Positions 21,525 through 24,000 of a stretch of 24,000 bases of DNA are shown here, piece by piece (the first letter of the stretch is position 1; each line of letters opens with the position of its first letter). The translations under genes and the position numbers were made by a program. The stretch is from Dactylosporangium sp. NPDC049525 (GTDB taxonomy: Bacteria > Actinomycetota > Actinomycetes > Mycobacteriales > Micromonosporaceae), in assembly GCF_040676755.1 (NCBI RefSeq), contig NZ_JBFAPO010000056.1:42988-66987 (forward strand). Direction: 5' to 3'. The notes beneath the pieces are model-generated. The model searched no databases. It was not told the origin of the DNA and worked only from the letters and a program-made list of their open reading frames with translations.

Positions 21525-22501
21525 CGCTCCAGCGTAGGCCGCAGCCACGGCTCCAGGCGCAGCAGGTCGAGTCCGACGGCGCGGAACTTCTCGTACAGCC
21601 CGGGGGTGAGCATCACGAACTCGACGGTGAACACGTCGTCGCCGCCCATGGTGTAGATGCCGTTGGCGGGGTCGCGCATCAGCGGCTCGATGCCCGCGCT
21701 CACCTGGTCGCGCAGCTGCTGCTGCCGGGCGATGCTGGGGCGGCCGGGCGCGGCGACCACGCACAGGTTGCCGGCGAACAGCTTGCGCAGCTGCTGCTCC
21801 TCCGCGGCGGCGTCGCCGGAGACGACCTCGACGACCATCACCTGGGCCGGCTGCGGGCCGTCGGTGGCGCCGGTGGGGAAGCCGTCGGGCCAGCCGACCC
21901 GCAGCGGCCGGAACCGGTCCGGGTGCTGCTCGTAGATGTACTGGTGCATGGCGTTGCTGTCCGCGTCCCCGCCGGCCTTCCAGCCGCCCTTCGGTGTCGG
22001 GCACGGCACGCCGTCGTCGACCGCGGTCGGGGTCGCCGGGGCCGGCGCGCCCTGCCCGGTCACGTGGAGGGCGCCGGACTGCCAGATGCCGCGCAGTTTC
22101 GCCTGGCCGACGGTGACGTCGCTGACGACCGTGGCGCCGGTGAGCTTCGCCGGGTCGACGCCGGTGACGTCGACGCCGGACGAGCAGGTGGGTTTCTCGC
22201 CGGGGGCGCGGCCGATCGCCAGGACCGGCACCGGCGCGCAGAACCGGGCCGGTTTACCGGGCGTGAGGATCACCTGCCCGCTCGCCTCGAGCACGTCGCC
22301 GTCGTCGACGACGAGCGCCACCGGATCCACGGCGGTGTTCGCGGTGGCGTCCGAGGCAGTGTTCGAGGCGATCGGTGGTGCCGCCTCCTCGGGGTCGCTC
22401 GCCGGGCGGTTCACCACCAGTACCACCGCGACCAACGCCACCAGGGTGCCGACCCCCGCGGCGGCGACACCCAGCCAGCGCCCGCGTCCATCGTTCGTCA
22501 T
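21521..22501 (-). CDS. Membrane-anchored hypothetical protein (N-terminal TM helix, extracytoplasmic domain)
   Basis: ATG at 22501 lies 5 nt after the hydrolase stop. The N-terminus is MTNDGRGRWLGVAAAGVGTLVALVAVVLVVNRP, followed by an Ala/Pro/Thr linker and a roughly 250-aa domain with no motif I recognise. GC3 is high. The upstream part of track ORF 21521..23218 overlaps the hydrolase gene. Confidence 0.6.
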   Translation of the reverse strand: MTNDGRGRWLGVAAAGVGTLVALVAVVLVVNRPASDPEEAAPPIASNTASDATANTAVDPVALVVDDGDVLEASGQVILTPGKPARFCAPVPVLAIGRAPGEKPTCSSGVDVTGVDPAKLTGATVVSDVTVGQAKLRGIWQSGALHVTGQGAPAPATPTAVDDGVPCPTPKGGWKAGGDADSNAMHQYIYEQHPDRFRPLRVGWPDGFPTGATDGPQPAQVMVVEVVSGDAAAEEQQLRKLFAGNLCVVAAPGRPSIARQQQLRDQVSAGIEPLMRDPANGIYTMGGDDVFTVEFVMLTPGLYEKFRAVGLDLLRLEPWLRPTLER

Positions 22502-22506
22502 GGTGG

Positions 22507-23331
22507 TCAGACGCGGGGATCCGCGGGCCGGTTCCCGGTGTGCCGCAGCAGCTCTTCGGTGAACATGTCCCACAGCTGCGGCGGCAGGTCGTGCCCGGCG
22601 CCGGGCAGCACGACGAGCCGTGCCCCGGGGACGGCGTCGCGCACGGCCTGCCCGTGCGGCAGCGGCAGCAGCGGATCCAGATCCCCGTGTACGACCAGCG
22701 CCGGCACCCGCAGATCCTCGAAGCCGCCGCCGGCTGGTGATTCGAACCGCATCGCGTAGTGGTTGCCGGCGGTGGTGATGTCGGTGGCCCGGTCGGCGTC
22801 GCGCTGCGCCAGGTCCCGGGTCGCGGCCTCGTCGAAGTACGGGGAGCCGCCGGCGTAGGCGCGCACCGCCGCGACGGTGTCGGCGACCGCGTCGCCGGTC
22901 GGCTCCGGGTGCTCCACTGTGGACGGCGGCAGCCCGTCGGCGCCGGTGGAGGTGCTGACGAACGTCACCGTCGCGACCCGCGACGGGTGATCCACGCCGA
23001 GGATGAGGCCGAGCCCGCCGGACATCGACCGGCACACGATGTGGGCGCGGGCGATCGCGAACGCGTCGAGGATGCCGACCGCGTCGCGGGCGAGGTCGGT
23101 GTTGGAGTAGTCGGGCTTGCCGGGCGGGTAGGCGGTGGAGCGGCCGGTGTCGCGCTGGTCGTAGCGGATCACGAACCGGCCGCCGGCGGCGATCCGTGCG
23201 CAGAGGCCGGCGTCCCACCAGAGCATCGACGCGGCGGCGCCGTCGATGAGCAGGATCGCGGGGTCGGCCGGGTCACCGAACGTCTCGACGCAGAGGTCGA
23301 CCTCGTTGACGTGCAGCATGGTCTCGGTCAT
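22507..23331 (-). CDS. Alpha/beta-fold hydrolase
   Basis: ATG at 23331, with the ATG at 23319 as an alternative. The oxyanion-region sequence is ILLIDGAAASMLWW. The nucleophile elbow is V-C-R-S-M-S-G-G (23034-23020). The acid is VVHGDLDP and the His is GAGHDLP, giving the canonical order of catalytic elements. Confidence 0.85.
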   Translation of the reverse strand: MTETMLHVNEVDLCVETFGDPADPAILLIDGAAASMLWWDAGLCARIAAGGRFVIRYDQRDTGRSTAYPPGKPDYSNTDLARDAVGILDAFAIARAHIVCRSMSGGLGLILGVDHPSRVATVTFVSTSTGADGLPPSTVEHPEPTGDAVADTVAAVRAYAGGSPYFDEAATRDLAQRDADRATDITTAGNHYAMRFESPAGGGFEDLRVPALVVHGDLDPLLPLPHGQAVRDAVPGARLVVLPGAGHDLPPQLWDMFTEELLRHTGNRPADPRV

Positions 23332-23495
23332 GACCTTCAACCTAGGCTGCCGCCGCGTGCTTCGCTGGCCGGTCGGCTCGACGGTGTGCGGGCGGGGCCG
23401 GTGAGCGGGCGCGCTGAGAGAAGTCGTGCCGGCGGACCGGCTACGAGCAGGAGAAGGAAGCACGCCCAGGAGCCGGCCCCGCAGCATGGACATTA

Positions 23496-23532
23496 CCGGC
23501 CCCGGCAAACGGTTTGCGGGTGCCGGGGCCGG
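23496..23532. terminator. Extended GC-rich hairpin built around the first palindrome copy
   Basis: CCGGCCCCGG (23496-23505) pairs with CCGGGGCCGG (23523-23532). These arms enclose the CAAAC-G-GTTTG inner stem, leaving a short unpaired CGGGTG segment on the 3' side. It is the distal element of the repeat array downstream of the stop of the 23606.. gene on the minus strand. Confidence 0.4.
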
Positions 23533-23617
23533 TGCAAACGGTTTGCAGGTCAGGAGCCGGCGCAAACGGTTTGCAGGTCAGGAGCCGGCGCAAACGGTTT
23601 GCGGGTCAGGAGTCGGC
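23505..23617. repeat. 28-bp tandem repeat x4, each unit carrying the 13-bp palindrome GCAAAC-G-GTTTGC
   Basis: Palindromes lie at 23505-23517, 23534-23546, 23562-23574 and 23590-23602, giving spacings of 29, 28 and 28 bp. Units 2 and 3 are identical (GCAAACGGTTTGCAGGTCAGGAGCCGGC). Unit 4 differs at 2 positions and contains the real stop codon (TCA 23606-23608) and last codons of the upstream gene. Unit 1 is more diverged. Confidence 0.92.
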
Positions 23618-24000
23618 CAGGCTGAACCAGGCGACGGCGAGGTCGGGATCGACGTAGAGGTCGACGACGCGGCCGTGCACGCTTTGCGGGAAGCCGCCGC
23701 CGTGCCGCCAATGGACCCCGGCGGGCACGAAGGACCGCAGCGCGTCGCGGACCGACGGCGCCCCGGTCGCGGCCGGCCAGGCGGCAAAGGCCGCGGTGTC
23801 CGTGTCGCGCAGCCGCAGGACGCCCTCATACTGCCAGTCGGTCGGGCCCGGCGCCCGCGAGCAGGGGCTGCCGGGTGTGTCGGCCTGCCAGTGGATCTCG
23901 ACGTAGTCGCCGACGCCGGGAATGTCCTCGGAGGTCCACTCGCGGGCGGTGCGGACGGCGGACACATCGACCTGGAGCTGGTCCGTGCAGTCGCGCTCGT
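23606..24000 (-). CDS. Hypothetical protein, C-terminal part (frame open to the right edge)
   Basis: The track gives 23606..23965 starting at a GTG. However, the frame continues without a stop to 24000 with high GC3 (ERDCTDQLQVD upstream), so the gene probably starts outside the window. I recognise no motif. The product ends ...VDLYVDPDLAVAWFSLADS. Confidence 0.5.
   Translation of the reverse strand, partial: ERDCTDQLQVDVSAVRTAREWTSEDIPGVGDYVEIHWQADTPGSPCSRAPGPTDWQYEGVLRLRDTDTAAFAAWPAATGAPSVRDALRSFVPAGVHWRHGGGFPQSVHGRVVDLYVDPDLAVAWFSLADS

Noticed and set aside
21525-23218. In-frame N-terminal extensions of the PPOX ORF (to 22004) and of the membrane-anchored protein ORF (to 23218)
   Set aside because: The extensions overlap the upstream genes in other frames and are Arg/Pro/Gly-rich. 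Internal starts at 21524 (GTGA coupling) and 22501 give products with sensible N-termini.
23505-23617. A 28-bp palindromic repeat resembling a CRISPR repeat in length and symmetry
   Set aside because: The units are directly adjacent with no unique spacers between them. There are only four copies, and no cas genes or leader are in the window. It is a tandem repeat, not a CRISPR array.
23486-23656. Small plus-strand ORF (MDITGPGKRFAGAGAGANGLQV...) running through the 28-bp repeats
   Set aside because: Its sequence is dictated by the repeat. The purine-rich stretch upstream lies 27 nt from the ATG, which is too far for an RBS. It also overlaps the 3' end of the minus-strand gene.
1-24000. Scan for tRNA, rRNA, IS elements, integrases, phage genes or other mobile-element hallmarks
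   Set aside because: I saw no tRNA-like T-arm or acceptor pattern, no transposase or integrase motifs in any frame, and no terminal inverted repeats bracketing a gene. Absence is based on reading by eye only and should be confirmed with tRNAscan, ISfinder-type searches and Rfam.

Overview
High-GC actinomycete-type chromosomal DNA with strong G/C third-position bias, densely coding on both strands. About 25 CDSs are supported. I recognised no rRNA, tRNA, CRISPR array, transposase or integrase. All product calls come from reading motifs in the supplied translations; no database search was possible. Many long ORFs in the track are antisense or off-frame shadows typical of high-GC DNA and were discarded.

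Gene content, left to right:
- A divergent redoxin/MarR pair with twin palindromic operators.
- A 400-bp intergenic region built from a decaying pentanucleotide repeat with a perfect (GTGCC)14 core.
- A DinB-like gene.
- A NarL-type two-component system whose 834-aa kinase is a tandem fusion of one canonical and one degenerate kinase module.
- A tightly packed five-gene ESX/T7SS-style polymorphic toxin-immunity cassette at 5643-7801.
- A divergent NmrA/TetR pair.
- A secreted GH92 alpha-mannosidase with two C-terminal discoidin/CBM32 domains.
- A GntR-WD40 operon divergent from a TPR protein.
- An ECF sigma factor translationally coupled to a membrane-anchored Asp-box propeller protein.
- DUF2071-like, secreted hypothetical and DMT-type membrane proteins.
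- An operon of alpha/beta hydrolase, membrane-anchored protein and PPOX/F420-type protein.
- A partial hypothetical gene at the right edge.

The best candidate for something new is the toxin cassette. It encodes a YbaB-like protein, a WXG-like protein, an N-terminal trafficking domain on its own ORF, a separate roughly 100-aa deaminase-like toxin core (HGEC...PCPSC), and an overlapping SUKH-3-like immunity gene.

Secondary oddities:
- The fused pseudo-kinase.
- Two tandem arrays (52 bp x3 and 28 bp x4), each of which starts at the stop codon of a minus-strand gene and re-copies its 3' end.
- The pentanucleotide microsatellite.
- NTPase-less WD40 and TPR sensor-type proteins.
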